From positions 1 to 64,000 of IMG/VR virus record IMGVR_UViG_3300030294_000026: a DNA stretch of 64,000 nucleotides; one strand, given 5' to 3'. This DNA comes from an uncultured virus (IMG/VR IMGVR_UViG_3300030294_000026) (taxonomy: Duplodnaviria; Heunggongvirae; Uroviricota; Caudoviricetes). Both the position numbers and the translations under genes were made by a program. Shown here piece after piece: positions 10,526-20,836 of this stretch; within the stretch, counting starts at the first letter, position 1; every line of letters starts with the position of its first letter. Under the pieces are notes generated by a model. It ran no database searches, was not told where the DNA came from, and was given only the letters and a program-made list of their open reading frames with translations.

Positions 10526-11326
10526 ATGCATAATAATATTATTGACGTTGATTATATAGACATAGAAAAGGTAGTATTTTTAACAGCACCAGATGTAGCT
10601 AGAGAAATACCAGCAGATGAAAAAAGGGTTAGATATTGGGGCGATGTATTTGGCGATATTAAAGAATGTGGAGTACGCAAGATAGACGGACGTAAAAAAT
10701 ATACTAAACAGACTATTAAGGCTTTTAAGATTATTCAAAAATTAATTGATGATAAGCAGTTTTCTCATATACAAGTAAGAGATTATATAAGTAAAAATGG
10801 ATTTGAATACATTACTGATCCTGATTCAAAAGATTTATCTAAGGATTTAATTGGATATAATGGCTTATCAAGTGAGTTATCAGTAGAAATAGAACAGAGA
10901 TTAAATTCTTTTCTTAATAGTTTAAAAACTCAGATATTAGAAAACAATGAAATATTAAAAAATGATATAAAAGAACAAGTTGCAATGACAGTTGACGAAG
11001 TAATAACTGATATACTAGAAGAATCTATGAGTGGTATAGATAAAGAACTACAATTACAAAAAGAAAGTAATATGCAACTGTCACAACAATTATCTGATGT
11101 TCAACAAGAACTAGCACTTACCAAAGAATCAAATCAAAAGCAATTAGAATCTCAATCTAAACAATTACAAACTAATCTTGAAAATATGACTAATAAAATC
11201 ATTAAAGATATCATAGAAGATAATGACAAGGCAATAAATGAATTTAAATGTATAACATTGGAACAAATAAAAAATAATCAAGAACCAAAAGGAATAATTG
11301 CTAAAATATTTAACTTAATGAAATAA
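10526..11326 (+). CDS. tubY: TubY-like MerR-HTH/coiled-coil partition regulator
   Basis: MerR-type HTH (APDVAREI..RVRYW..GRKKYT), long coiled coil, amphipathic end KGIIAKIFNLMK; next to tubRZ. Confidence 0.75.
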   Translation: MHNNIIDVDYIDIEKVVFLTAPDVAREIPADEKRVRYWGDVFGDIKECGVRKIDGRKKYTKQTIKAFKIIQKLIDDKQFSHIQVRDYISKNGFEYITDPDSKDLSKDLIGYNGLSSELSVEIEQRLNSFLNSLKTQILENNEILKNDIKEQVAMTVDEVITDILEESMSGIDKELQLQKESNMQLSQQLSDVQQELALTKESNQKQLESQSKQLQTNLENMTNKIIKDIIEDNDKAINEFKCITLEQIKNNQEPKGIIAKIFNLMK

Positions 11327-11495
11327 CAACTCAACATAGGAATATATTTGTCACAATAGAGATTAATTTCTGATACTATAACAGGCTCTAGGAATAGAGA
11401 TAGAAGTTTAAAGGTAATAGTTGTTGTCTTTAGAATTGGACTGTGTATGAGAGCGAGAAGTGGGTTTAAATTAATATGAATGGGAGCATGAATTT

Positions 11496-12260
11496 ATGTA
11501 CGGAATATATAATATTTATAGTAATGGTAAGCTAATTTATATTGGAAAAACAATTAATTTTTATACAAGATTAAAAACTCATATTTCACAACAACCTTGG
11601 AGTAATGAGATAACACACATTTCTGTTGCTAAATGCAAAACTAAAGTAGATATGGATTTATATGAAAAGTATTATATCAATAAACTAAATCCTAAATATA
11701 ATAAAGCAATTGTATACAATGAAACACCAACTTTTGCAGTAGAAGAATTAAACTTTCAAAGTTTTACTCTTGAAAAATTCTTAAAAATTAACGAACCAAA
11801 AAATCTGAGAAACAGCAATGTTAATAAAAGCTATGAGAAACGTAAATTAGAAATATCAGAATTTCTAAAAACTTCAGTTGAAATAAAAGATGGTATAAAA
11901 ATAGACTTTTCAAACTCCAATAATACATTGTATCATTGGTGGAATACACTTAAAACAGATATTAATTTTTTACACATAGACGGAGATATTCAATTCTTTA
12001 AGCAAATTTTAAAAGGTGTCAAAGAAAATAAGTATGAATTTATTTTTGAAAATAGTGAAGAAATTTTTAGAAACCTTGATTTATATAGCTTAGGATTGAG
12101 AATTGATAGTTATTCAATTAGTAATAAGAGAATCAGTAAAGGATTTACTGGAGTTAATTTCATTTTAGGAATGAATATGAATCCAAGAACAAAAGATGTT
12201 ACTGTAAGAGTAAATAGATATATGCTAGAAGAATATTTTGATAAGTATTTTATCTATTAA
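11496..12260 (+). CDS. GIY-YIG nuclease domain protein
   Basis: GIYNIY..LIYIGKT..RLKTH..YEKYYINKLNPKYN. Confidence 0.85.
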   Translation: MYGIYNIYSNGKLIYIGKTINFYTRLKTHISQQPWSNEITHISVAKCKTKVDMDLYEKYYINKLNPKYNKAIVYNETPTFAVEELNFQSFTLEKFLKINEPKNLRNSNVNKSYEKRKLEISEFLKTSVEIKDGIKIDFSNSNNTLYHWWNTLKTDINFLHIDGDIQFFKQILKGVKENKYEFIFENSEEIFRNLDLYSLGLRIDSYSISNKRISKGFTGVNFILGMNMNPRTKDVTVRVNRYMLEEYFDKYFIY

Positions 12261-12265
12261 TAATC

Positions 12266-12328
12266 TAGTCGGTTATTTATCTATAACTAAATTTTTATTA
12301 TAAAAATAATTAGATAAATAACCGACTA
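12266..12328. repeat. Perfect 18-bp inverted pair of iteron-like sites
   Basis: TAGTCGGTTATTTATCTA 12266-12283 / TAGATAAATAACCGACTA 12311-12328. Confidence 0.85.
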
Positions 12329-12471
12329 CTATTTGGAATAGAAAAGAGAGAAGTTGTGTTGCTTTTATTCCTTTTTAGTGAATAGTCTAAAGACTATTTT
12401 AAGAAGAGAATAGTTTAAATAGAATATAGGAGGCTGAAACTAACTGGTATCACTACGATTAGAGTATGTCA

Positions 12472-12688
12472 GGTCGGTATTTTATCCAATTGTGGTCGGT
12501 ATTCTATCTGTTGATAACGTGTTTACAGTCGGTATTTAATCTATGAGTAGTCGGTATTTAATCTATACAAAGTCGCTATTTTATCATATAATATTACTTA
12601 TAAACAACTAAATTCAACATAAACTGTGGAAAACATACTCAACATATTGATATTATCGTAATTTTATTGTGGATAAACTTGTGGAAAA
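12472..12688 (+). other. Iteron-type replication origin with DnaA boxes
   Basis: Five RGTCGGTATTTWATC-like iterons at 12472, 12494, 12527, 12549, 12571 (spacing 22/33/22/22), AT-rich tract, perfect DnaA box TGTGGATAA 12668-12676 and 1-mismatch boxes at 12509, 12625, 12680. Confidence 0.85.
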
Positions 12689-12698
12689 GGAGATTCTT

Positions 12699-14015
12699 AT
12701 GGGTAAATCTAGTAGCAAAAATAAAGAAGCATTTAAATCAATAATTGGAAAAACTAAAGTTATAAAATTAAGGAATGGTGAATCTATAATGGACGGTAAT
12801 TCTGTTCAAACTCCATTTTTAGCACCATACCGAATTGCAAAAGATGACAAAGGAAAACCTATGCCAATAACATTTGTTGAATATGAATGGACTGCTATTG
12901 AAGATGGTGTAGAAATAAAAAGGGGAATTGAAGTTAGTGGTCATGGTGCATTGGGTGTACCTACTTTAAAAGATAAAGAAACTTTAAGAGCATTACAAGA
13001 CATTTATGTGTGGAGTAAGATAGATAAAGGTATATTGGAACTAGAAATAGATGAAAGTAAGGTTACTGAGTCTGATTTGATGATAGATTTTATTTCTATA
13101 GATAATATAGCGACCTCATTAGGATATAATAGTACTAGTGGACAACAAAGAAGTGCTATTAAGGAATCTATTGAAAGATTAGTAGGTACAAAAATATCTA
13201 GTAAACATCATGGAGGACTGTATGATCCAGTAAAAAAGAGATATATTACCGACTCAAAAAAAACTTTTAGTTATCTAGATAGTATGGAAAATTATATTGA
13301 ATATGATTGCGATAATTGCTTATACTTCAATGGTTGTCACAGAAATACCGACAATTGTTTGAATGAAGAACATCAAAGAAAAGATGTTACCAAAATCAAA
13401 ATGAGCATGTTTCTATATCTTAGTATAGCTAATAATTATCGACTTTATTACAATAGAGATAAGGCTAATGAAATCAAAAATCTAATTTCTAAAAACATAT
13501 ATCTAATTTCTCGTAAATGGCTAGGAGATGGTTATATATCTAGAGCTAATATACAAAAATATATGGATAGAATACCTATGAACGCTAAACAGGAAAAACA
13601 TAGAAAGCAGGCTATTAAAGAGGGGATAGATATTTTAAATGAATATGATTTTGTTGAAGCTTCTATTGAAAAGGACGTAATTAAGGTTATTCATTTAGAT
13701 AAAAAACCGACTAAATTTAAAGAAGTTGCTTTAGATAAATTGCCGACTAAAGATGGTAGCTATCTAAAAGATAAATATTGTTTATTTAGTGAATTAAGAG
13801 AAGGTTTATTAGATATAGGTATCACTGAATTAGAGTTTAGCAGTATAGTAGACGGTAATATAGAAAAAATAGAGTATATCAAAGCCCTATTAAGATACGT
13901 AATGTTAAAACAAATATATGATAAGAATATAGATGCGAGGGAATATTTCTTAAACTGCTGGTATAAAGAAGGTGGGACACCAATAGATAAGAAGTATTAC
14001 AATGAAATAATATAG
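12699..14015 (+). CDS. Plasmid-type replication initiator protein
   Basis: AAGGAG RBS before ATG 12699; GVPTLKDKETLRAL and IKESIERL motifs of RepA-type initiators; directly downstream of iterons. Confidence 0.75.
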   Translation: MGKSSSKNKEAFKSIIGKTKVIKLRNGESIMDGNSVQTPFLAPYRIAKDDKGKPMPITFVEYEWTAIEDGVEIKRGIEVSGHGALGVPTLKDKETLRALQDIYVWSKIDKGILELEIDESKVTESDLMIDFISIDNIATSLGYNSTSGQQRSAIKESIERLVGTKISSKHHGGLYDPVKKRYITDSKKTFSYLDSMENYIEYDCDNCLYFNGCHRNTDNCLNEEHQRKDVTKIKMSMFLYLSIANNYRLYYNRDKANEIKNLISKNIYLISRKWLGDGYISRANIQKYMDRIPMNAKQEKHRKQAIKEGIDILNEYDFVEASIEKDVIKVIHLDKKPTKFKEVALDKLPTKDGSYLKDKYCLFSELREGLLDIGITELEFSSIVDGNIEKIEYIKALLRYVMLKQIYDKNIDAREYFLNCWYKEGGTPIDKKYYNEII

Positions 14016-14166
14016 TCGGTATTTTATCTGTAAAGTTTTTCAAAAAAATAAGGTAATATTATATAAATTCAATATAGTGTAATAGGATTTATTGCACTAT
14101 ATTTTCTCAGAAACAAAATAAAAACAATATAGTTGACAAGTAATATTATAATTGATAAACTATCAA

Positions 14167-14280
14167 TAGGGATAAATTTTGAGGTCGCTCCTCATTATTG
14201 ATAAGGCTATTTTATCAATCGGTAGCTTTCCCTACTTGCAATAGATTGGTAAATAAATTAAAATATAAGGAGATTGATAA
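14167..14280 (+). ncRNA. Putative cis-acting 3-way-junction/pseudoknot leader, copy A
   Basis: P1 TAGGGA/TCCCTA, P2 TGAGG/CCTCA, P3 GCTATT/GGTAGC; loop TTATCAATC complementary to 14244-14252 and 14272-14280. Confidence 0.6.
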
Positions 14281-14281
14281 A

Positions 14282-15193
14282 ATGATAGGAATTTACAAAA
14301 TTACAAATAAGATTAACGGGAGAGCGTACATAGGACAAAGTAAGAATATAGGAACACGATGGAGCAATCATATAAACAGACTTGAATGTAAAAAACACGA
14401 AAACAAAGAACTGCAAAAGGGTTTTAATAATTTTGGATACTTTAATTTCTCCTTTGAAATTATCGAAGAGTGTCAAGAAAAAGAATTATTATCTGTGGAA
14501 CTAAAATATATTAACCTTTATCAAGGCAATAGTTATAATATAACAAGTAATTCTAATAGTACTCTTTATGTTGATAATTTTAAATTTAATAAACATATAA
14601 ATATTAATTTAAATTATAATATTTTATCTCAAAGAGTAATTTTAACAGCATTAAAGAAATATTATGAAAGAAATACTAAAGAAATAAATATAGCATGTAG
14701 TGATATAATGAAAGAATATGATTTTGATCACTCGATATATTATAAAGGTATTCAAAGAATATATGATGAAATATCGCATTGTGAATTATTTGAACAAGTA
14801 TTAATTGAAAATTCATCTATTTTTAATTTGAAATTTAATGAGCAATATTACTTTTTAGCTAAATTGTTTTATGATAATAATATAATAGACAGTACAAAGA
14901 ATTTTATAAGACGTGGTTCGTTGAATTTATATGTAAAGATATTATGTAATAAGTTAAAGTTATATTATCATTTGGAAGATTTTAAAAGAGAATACAATAT
15001 AAATGAATTACCTTCATATAAACATTTTTCAAACATTAAAAGAATATTATTAATACCAATGATTGAAGAAATAGAACTAGTATTAAATAAAAATATAATT
15101 ATCGATGAACAAAAAGAAAGAGGAAAGATTGTAGGATTTAATATTATTACATCAAATACTCTACAAGAAACGCATTCTATACCCTCAAATTAA
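14282..15193 (+). CDS. GIY-YIG nuclease fused to Rep_3-like winged-helix region
   Basis: AAGGAG RBS before ATG 14282; GIYKITN..YIGQS; C-terminal YKHFSNIKRILLIPMIEEI..KERGKIVGFNI resembles Rep_3 WH2. Confidence 0.7.
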   Translation: MIGIYKITNKINGRAYIGQSKNIGTRWSNHINRLECKKHENKELQKGFNNFGYFNFSFEIIEECQEKELLSVELKYINLYQGNSYNITSNSNSTLYVDNFKFNKHININLNYNILSQRVILTALKKYYERNTKEINIACSDIMKEYDFDHSIYYKGIQRIYDEISHCELFEQVLIENSSIFNLKFNEQYYFLAKLFYDNNIIDSTKNFIRRGSLNLYVKILCNKLKLYYHLEDFKREYNINELPSYKHFSNIKRILLIPMIEEIELVLNKNIIIDEQKERGKIVGFNIITSNTLQETHSIPSN

Positions 15194-15411
15194 AGCCTTA
15201 CTTAGTCACAGGTATTAGTTGTTGTCTAAAAATGGAACGCCTTAGAGAGTTAAATGAACGCAAATAAAGCCTATATATAAATATATGACAAGAGTAGTAG
15301 AAAATATTACTCTTATTTTTATGTTTTTGATTATTATTATAACTACAGTATTTATATAGGAATTGTATTAGAAATGTTTTTTACAAAGTTGGTAATTGTA
15401 CCTTAAATAAT

Positions 15412-15458
15412 AAATTAATGTATAAACGATTGACAAATATTAAGTATTGGATTAATAT
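15412..15458 (+). promoter_or_regulatory. AAATTAATGTATAAA box plus sigma-A-like promoter
   Basis: Box 15412-15426, TTGACA 15430, 17 nt, TAATAT. Confidence 0.55.
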
Positions 15459-15495
15459 GGTATTAGAAAGAAAAGAAAGGAGGGAGAGTATTTGG

Positions 15496-16431
15496 ATGAA
15501 AGAAGTAAAAGGTATATTCAACAATAAACCATTTTCAATGATACCAAATATATTTGTAAAAAATATTGATGGTGAAGATTGCATAATGAATGAAAAGCAA
15601 TTAGCTATAGCATCTATTATTTATATGACTAGGAGTAGTAAAGATGTGTGCATTTTCAGTATAAATTCCATATGTGATAACTTAGGACTAGCATATAACT
15701 CAAGGATAAAGAAAACTATAATAGATACATTGCAACTATTAACTGATGAGGATCAAGTTCATTTCAAAAGTAAAATATATTTAAATGATGATTATACTAT
15801 TAAACATTTAAATATATTAAAAGCCAATGATATTATATATGGACAACTAATTAATCATATGGATGGAGATTTTTGTATGTTTTGTGATTTAGATATAGAT
15901 AAATTAGTAAAATATTCAATTGATAACGAAGTTGACTTATATTATTTAGTAAAACAATACATATACATATGCAGTTGTCTAAATAAAGATGAGAAATGCG
16001 AAGATTATTTATGTGCATATCCAAAATTAGATAGTATAGCTAATGCTTGCAATATAAAATCCAAAAATACAATTGTAAAATATAATAGTATCTTTAAAGA
16101 GTTAAAAATATTTAGTTTTGATTATGCAGGATATAAAATTGACAAAAATGGAAATGAAACAATAAGGAATGGAGTAATGTTTTATACTCCTTATGGCAAT
16201 GAAGAAATATTATTACAACGTCTAAAAATAGATAGAGATAAACATGGGTATTATAAAGTGAGTAATAAGTATAAAGAACTTATGAATTTGCAAATATCCA
16301 TAAGTAAGAAAATAACTAATATTAACCAATTAAAGGATAAGTCTATAATAGATTTAGAAAAATTAAAATTATTAGAACAAGAAAAAGAAAAAATAATTGA
16401 AATGATAAAAGAAGAAAAATTACCATTGTGA
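15496..16431 (+). CDS. Winged-helix protein, possible second replication initiator
   Basis: AGGGAG RBS before ATG 15496; FSMIPN start and CAYPKLDSIANACNIKSKNTIVKY HTH typical of phage/plasmid replication proteins. Confidence 0.55.
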   Translation: MKEVKGIFNNKPFSMIPNIFVKNIDGEDCIMNEKQLAIASIIYMTRSSKDVCIFSINSICDNLGLAYNSRIKKTIIDTLQLLTDEDQVHFKSKIYLNDDYTIKHLNILKANDIIYGQLINHMDGDFCMFCDLDIDKLVKYSIDNEVDLYYLVKQYIYICSCLNKDEKCEDYLCAYPKLDSIANACNIKSKNTIVKYNSIFKELKIFSFDYAGYKIDKNGNETIRNGVMFYTPYGNEEILLQRLKIDRDKHGYYKVSNKYKELMNLQISISKKITNINQLKDKSIIDLEKLKLLEQEKEKIIEMIKEEKLPL

Positions 16432-16524
16432 ACGAAAAGTTTTTCGTGAATCAATAATTCTCTATTGTATTAATATTTATTATATGGATATGTATTATAT
16501 TTAATATATATTGTTACGGTACAG

Positions 16525-16635
16525 TACAGGACTACTTTTCGTACAAATTAATTTCAAAATGTACAAAAAGTCGGTCAGTAATTTTTAATAAAGTACAAAA
16601 ACCAGTCCTGTAAAATTTAGATATGTACAAAAAGT
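16525..16635. repeat. Phased GTACAAAAA repeats and an inverted repeat after an AT-rich tract
   Basis: GTACAAAAA at 16561, 16593, 16625 (32-nt period); TACAGGACT 16525 / AGTCCTGTA 16604. Confidence 0.6.
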
Positions 16636-16688
16636 AGGAATTTGACAGTTTTAGTTAAAATAAAATATGAAAAGGAGATTTTATAAAA

Positions 16689-17573
16689 ATGAATAAAACA
16701 GAATACAAATTACATTATAATAATTTTGAAGAATTAAAAGTAAAAGGTGTTTATTTGATAAAGAATAAAGATAATGATAAATTAAAAATAGGTATAACCA
16801 ATAATTTAATGAGAAGGTTAAGTGAAATAAAAAAGAGTTTTCAATTTTGTGGAGTAATTCCAGAGTTAGATATAGAATGTTATATTGAATATAAACATAA
16901 TCTAGAATTAGAACAATATTTACATAAAGAATTAAAGGAATATAATTATCAGAATGAATGGTTTAGTATTGATAATATAGATATAGTATTAGAAAAATTA
17001 AATGATTTTAAATATGAAAAAGAACTCAAAGAAATTAAACCATTAATTAAAGAAAATTTTAATATACCTGAAGAAAATAATATAGATAAATTTATGGTAA
17101 AATCAATGAAATACTATTTATATAACCATTATGAGTGGCATGACTGTAAGAATTATACAAGATATAGTATTTATATAAAATGTAATGGAGACGAGTGGAC
17201 GGCATGTAGTATGATAGATGATATACAAGGAGATATATTTCATGATTGGAATTATTTCACGCATTGTTATGAAAAAGAACGTTATAATAAATTTGATGCT
17301 AGTGATGAATTAATAGATAAATTCAAAGAGTTAAATACTAACGCAATAATAAAAACAGAAAATGGAAATATAAATAGTTTAGAAGATCACTTTATACAAA
17401 AGTATAATAATTATTTATCAAATACATTAACCGATATTAAAGATTATATAAATAATACAGACGTTGAAATAGAGAATACATATGATATATCATTGAAAAG
17501 AGTTAAATTAGAAGAAAAAATTGAATATCTAATTAATAGAATGAAAACCATTAAAGAAAACTTAAGCATGTAA
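16689..17573 (+). CDS. GIY-YIG/T5orf172-like domain protein
   Basis: GVYLI..LKIGITNNLMRRL..LEQYLHKEL..NEWF. Confidence 0.8.
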   Translation: MNKTEYKLHYNNFEELKVKGVYLIKNKDNDKLKIGITNNLMRRLSEIKKSFQFCGVIPELDIECYIEYKHNLELEQYLHKELKEYNYQNEWFSIDNIDIVLEKLNDFKYEKELKEIKPLIKENFNIPEENNIDKFMVKSMKYYLYNHYEWHDCKNYTRYSIYIKCNGDEWTACSMIDDIQGDIFHDWNYFTHCYEKERYNKFDASDELIDKFKELNTNAIIKTENGNINSLEDHFIQKYNNYLSNTLTDIKDYINNTDVEIENTYDISLKRVKLEEKIEYLINRMKTIKENLSM

Positions 17574-17574
17574 C

Positions 17575-17621
17575 AAATTAATGTATAAAATGTTGACACA
17601 AAACCCAAAATATGTTAGAAT
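17575..17621 (+). promoter_or_regulatory. AAATTAATGTATAAA box plus sigma-A promoter
   Basis: Box 17575-17589, TTGACA 17593, 17 nt, TAGAAT. Confidence 0.7.
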
Positions 17622-17697
17622 AATATTATGGACAAGATAGTAGATATTTACTTGATTTCCAAAATGATAATAAATTAATATAAAGATAATAAAGGAG

Positions 17698-17913
17698 GTG
17701 AGAGTTATGAATAATGTAATAAAGTTTGCATCATTTAAGTCAAGAAAGGTTGAAGTAGATTTATATGAAACTAAATTAGCTAGATTTTGTGAGTTAAAGC
17801 CAAAGAACTTTAGTGATACTTTTGAAGGAAATGAAGAAATTGAGTTTGAAAATCTATATAACTGGTTGCAAATACATAAAAAGAACGAAAAACAAAGCAG
17901 AATGGCAAATTAA
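17698..17913 (+). CDS. Hypothetical protein
   Basis: AAGGAGGTG RBS (start probably at ATG 17707). Confidence 0.65.
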   Translation: MRVMNNVIKFASFKSRKVEVDLYETKLARFCELKPKNFSDTFEGNEEIEFENLYNWLQIHKKNEKQSRMAN

Positions 17914-17964
17914 TAATAAAATAATGTATAAATAAAAAATAATAAAGAAGGATGGTAAAAGAAA

Positions 17965-18186
17965 ATGACTGAAAACGGACAACCAAGCAAAAGAGAACAA
18001 CATATGGATTTCGGAGGGAACATTGTTTATAGGAAATATAGGATATGGGAAGAAAATACAGAAAGAAAAGATACTTCTTACATATATGAGGACGATTTTG
18101 ACATAAAAGAAAGGATGGAGGCTATTGAATGGGAAGAACAGTATAAGAAGAAGTGTCAAAAGATGCTAGATGAAAATAATAAATAA
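17965..18186 (+). CDS. Hypothetical protein
   Basis: 73 aa ORF in + strand run. Confidence 0.6.
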   Translation: MTENGQPSKREQHMDFGGNIVYRKYRIWEENTERKDTSYIYEDDFDIKERMEAIEWEEQYKKKCQKMLDENNK

Positions 18187-18321
18187 TACATATTGAATAT
18201 AAATAAATAGTACATAAGTTATTCTAAAATTAAGAAGTGATGAACGAGTAATAAAATTGCACCTTGAAATAAGTAAGGGTTATTATTACTAATAAGTTCA
18301 TTAATAAAAAGTAAGTCAAAA

Positions 18322-18792
18322 TTGATATGGAGGGATAAAATGAATAGATATATAGGTCAGTATAGAACAGTTTGCGAATTTGACCAATCTACACTAAAAC
18401 CCAATAAGGAGAATACATATATTTACTGTAATGGTGAAGGATCAATATGGAGAAGAAGTGAAGATATATTAGTTTACACCAGAGAAAAGAAGGGTATATC
18501 AAACATACTAATAGAAAATTTAAATAAACTAGGAGTAGAAATAATATCTGATGAAAGTACAAGAGAAGATATTCAATTAGTTTTTAATGAAGGAGATTTA
18601 GGTGTAGTTGCAACATATTTTAAGGCTAGAGAAAGTGGTACAAACATTAATCCTTGGTCAAGGAAGAATCTAAATCTATTTAAATGGTTCAAAAATAACA
18701 AACAAAAGTACATAGACAATGGATATTATAAAGTTAGCGAGGAATTAACTGATGAAGAAAAAGAGATATTTAGACAAAGGTTTAATAAGTAG
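18322..18792 (+). CDS. Hypothetical phage protein
   Basis: GGAGG RBS (start likely ATG 18340). Confidence 0.7.
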   Translation: MIWRDKMNRYIGQYRTVCEFDQSTLKPNKENTYIYCNGEGSIWRRSEDILVYTREKKGISNILIENLNKLGVEIISDESTREDIQLVFNEGDLGVVATYFKARESGTNINPWSRKNLNLFKWFKNNKQKYIDNGYYKVSEELTDEEKEIFRQRFNK

Positions 18793-19189
18793 TCATGTAT
18801 ATAATTTTAAAGGAGAAAATGAGATAGTTTTGGGTTTAATTTAAGTTTTAGAGTGGACAAGGTAGAATAAGTCTAGTTGATAATTTAAATTAAAATAAAG
18901 CCTAAAGTATTGATTTAAGTAAATATTTTATTAATTGTATTAGTTTGAGTTATATTTAAGAATTAAAAAGAGAGTAATGCAATTTATCGTTAATCTGACT
19001 GGAATGGAAATTAGAGTCAAAAGTATGTCAAAAAGTCCTTTAAAATTATATAGGGAGTGAGTATGTAAAGAGTGTTATAATAAATTAATTTATAAATAAC
19101 AGAATAAATTGCGTGTTTTATTGGAAATTTAAAAGAGAAATAAAGGAGAAAAATGACAATATATTAATATAAATAAGTGAGGTGACGGA

Positions 19190-20836
19190 ATGTCTAAACA
19201 ATTATCTAATCAGAAGAATATACTTAAAATACATACAAAAAGACTAAGAAAAAATAATTGGAGTTTAGACTTAGCATTGGAAGAAGCTAAAAAAAATAAA
19301 GAAGTTATTCAACTAGGAGATAGCCAAACTCTAAGATTTATTAATGAAATATTGGAAATAGAAAATCAAGATGAACAAATTAACAAAATAAAAGAAGAAA
19401 TAAAGGAACTTGAAAAATTAGATAACTCCATAGAAAATAGAAAAAAAATAAAAGAATTAAATAAAAAGAAAAATGGATTGAAATTTAATCAAGATTATTT
19501 ATGTTTGGTTATAGATAAAATTGGAGATTTTGATAAATGTAATAGAAGATGTAGTTTCTTTGTAAATGGGAAACAATTTGTAAGATTATTAGGAACTACA
19601 GGTGGAATAAAAAACGAAACTATAGTATACGTTAGTAGAGATGTATTTGACCAATTACATAAAAAATTGGATAATGGTAGAGATTTAGATAAACCTTTAG
19701 TTCCAGCTAAATTAGAAGCATATAAAGCATTATCTTGTAGTATGAGTGTTCCAGTTAGAGATCCAAAAAGCATATTGGTAGTAGATGATTGCATAACTCA
19801 TTTCAAAGAAGATATAATACAAATAGATGATTCTAAAGGAGAAAGACCAGTTTTAGAAATAATAAAAGATTTTGATGTTGAATTAATTGATAGTGATGGT
19901 TATGGTCTTATATCTCCACAATTAAGTAAGTTATGGGGAGTAGATATTAAAGAATGTGAATTAAAAGACAAATTTGTACCAACAGGTTTTTGTATTAGAA
20001 ATGCTTTTACTAAGGGAATGGTTTTTACATTTGATTTTAAGAGATTTGCAAAACAAATAGCACATAAAAAAATAGTTAAAGATGTGTGGGGGCAAGAGAG
20101 AAATATAAATAAAGTTGATTTAATATTAACTACTTCCATGCTTAAATTATGGGACAGTTATGAATCATTAGAACACTATTTAGCTTGTTGCAAAGAAAAT
20201 GAATGGACTTTTAGTATTACAAAAATGTGTCCAAAAGAATTAGAAAATGAAAGAACATTAAATTATCAATTTTTACAGTCTTTTAAACTTAATGATGAAG
20301 ATATTAAAGAATTAATTAAACCAACTGTAGATAGTATCAAAGACAGTTTAACAATGGACTATGCAAAAACATTACTATTCCTAAAGGGAACTAAATTGAA
20401 TGATAAAAACTCATTTGTTGGAGAAGATGATTATGTTAAAGCGTTAATGGTTGATGAAGAATTATTAAATGATCCTTATATACAAGATAGAGTATATAAT
20501 ATGCGAAAGAAACGTATTCAAGATGCAAAAGTTGGTGTTTTAAATATGCAAGGATGCTATGCTATAATATCTGGCGACCCCTATTCACTATGTCAAAGTA
20601 TATTTGGTTTAGATGTAACAGGATTACTAAAAGCCGATGAATTATATAGTAAATATTGGTCAGATAAGAACAGTAAAGAAATAATAGCTTTTAGAGCACC
20701 TATGACATGTCATAATAATATAAGAAAATTACAAGTAACATCTACAGAAGAAATGCAACAATGGTATAAGTATATGAAAACATGCTTGATACTAAATTCA
20801 TGGGACACCACAACTCATGCTGAGAACGGTGCCTGA
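19190..20836 (+). CDS. yonO: YonO-like single-subunit (double-psi-barrel) phage RNA polymerase, N-terminal part
   Basis: PAKLEAYKAL, DSDGYGLISP, GFCIRNAFTKG, LNYQFLQ, FRAPMT; ends ENGA immediately before the catalytic aspartates. Confidence 0.85.
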   Translation: MSKQLSNQKNILKIHTKRLRKNNWSLDLALEEAKKNKEVIQLGDSQTLRFINEILEIENQDEQINKIKEEIKELEKLDNSIENRKKIKELNKKKNGLKFNQDYLCLVIDKIGDFDKCNRRCSFFVNGKQFVRLLGTTGGIKNETIVYVSRDVFDQLHKKLDNGRDLDKPLVPAKLEAYKALSCSMSVPVRDPKSILVVDDCITHFKEDIIQIDDSKGERPVLEIIKDFDVELIDSDGYGLISPQLSKLWGVDIKECELKDKFVPTGFCIRNAFTKGMVFTFDFKRFAKQIAHKKIVKDVWGQERNINKVDLILTTSMLKLWDSYESLEHYLACCKENEWTFSITKMCPKELENERTLNYQFLQSFKLNDEDIKELIKPTVDSIKDSLTMDYAKTLLFLKGTKLNDKNSFVGEDDYVKALMVDEELLNDPYIQDRVYNMRKKRIQDAKVGVLNMQGCYAIISGDPYSLCQSIFGLDVTGLLKADELYSKYWSDKNSKEIIAFRAPMTCHNNIRKLQVTSTEEMQQWYKYMKTCLILNSWDTTTHAENGA

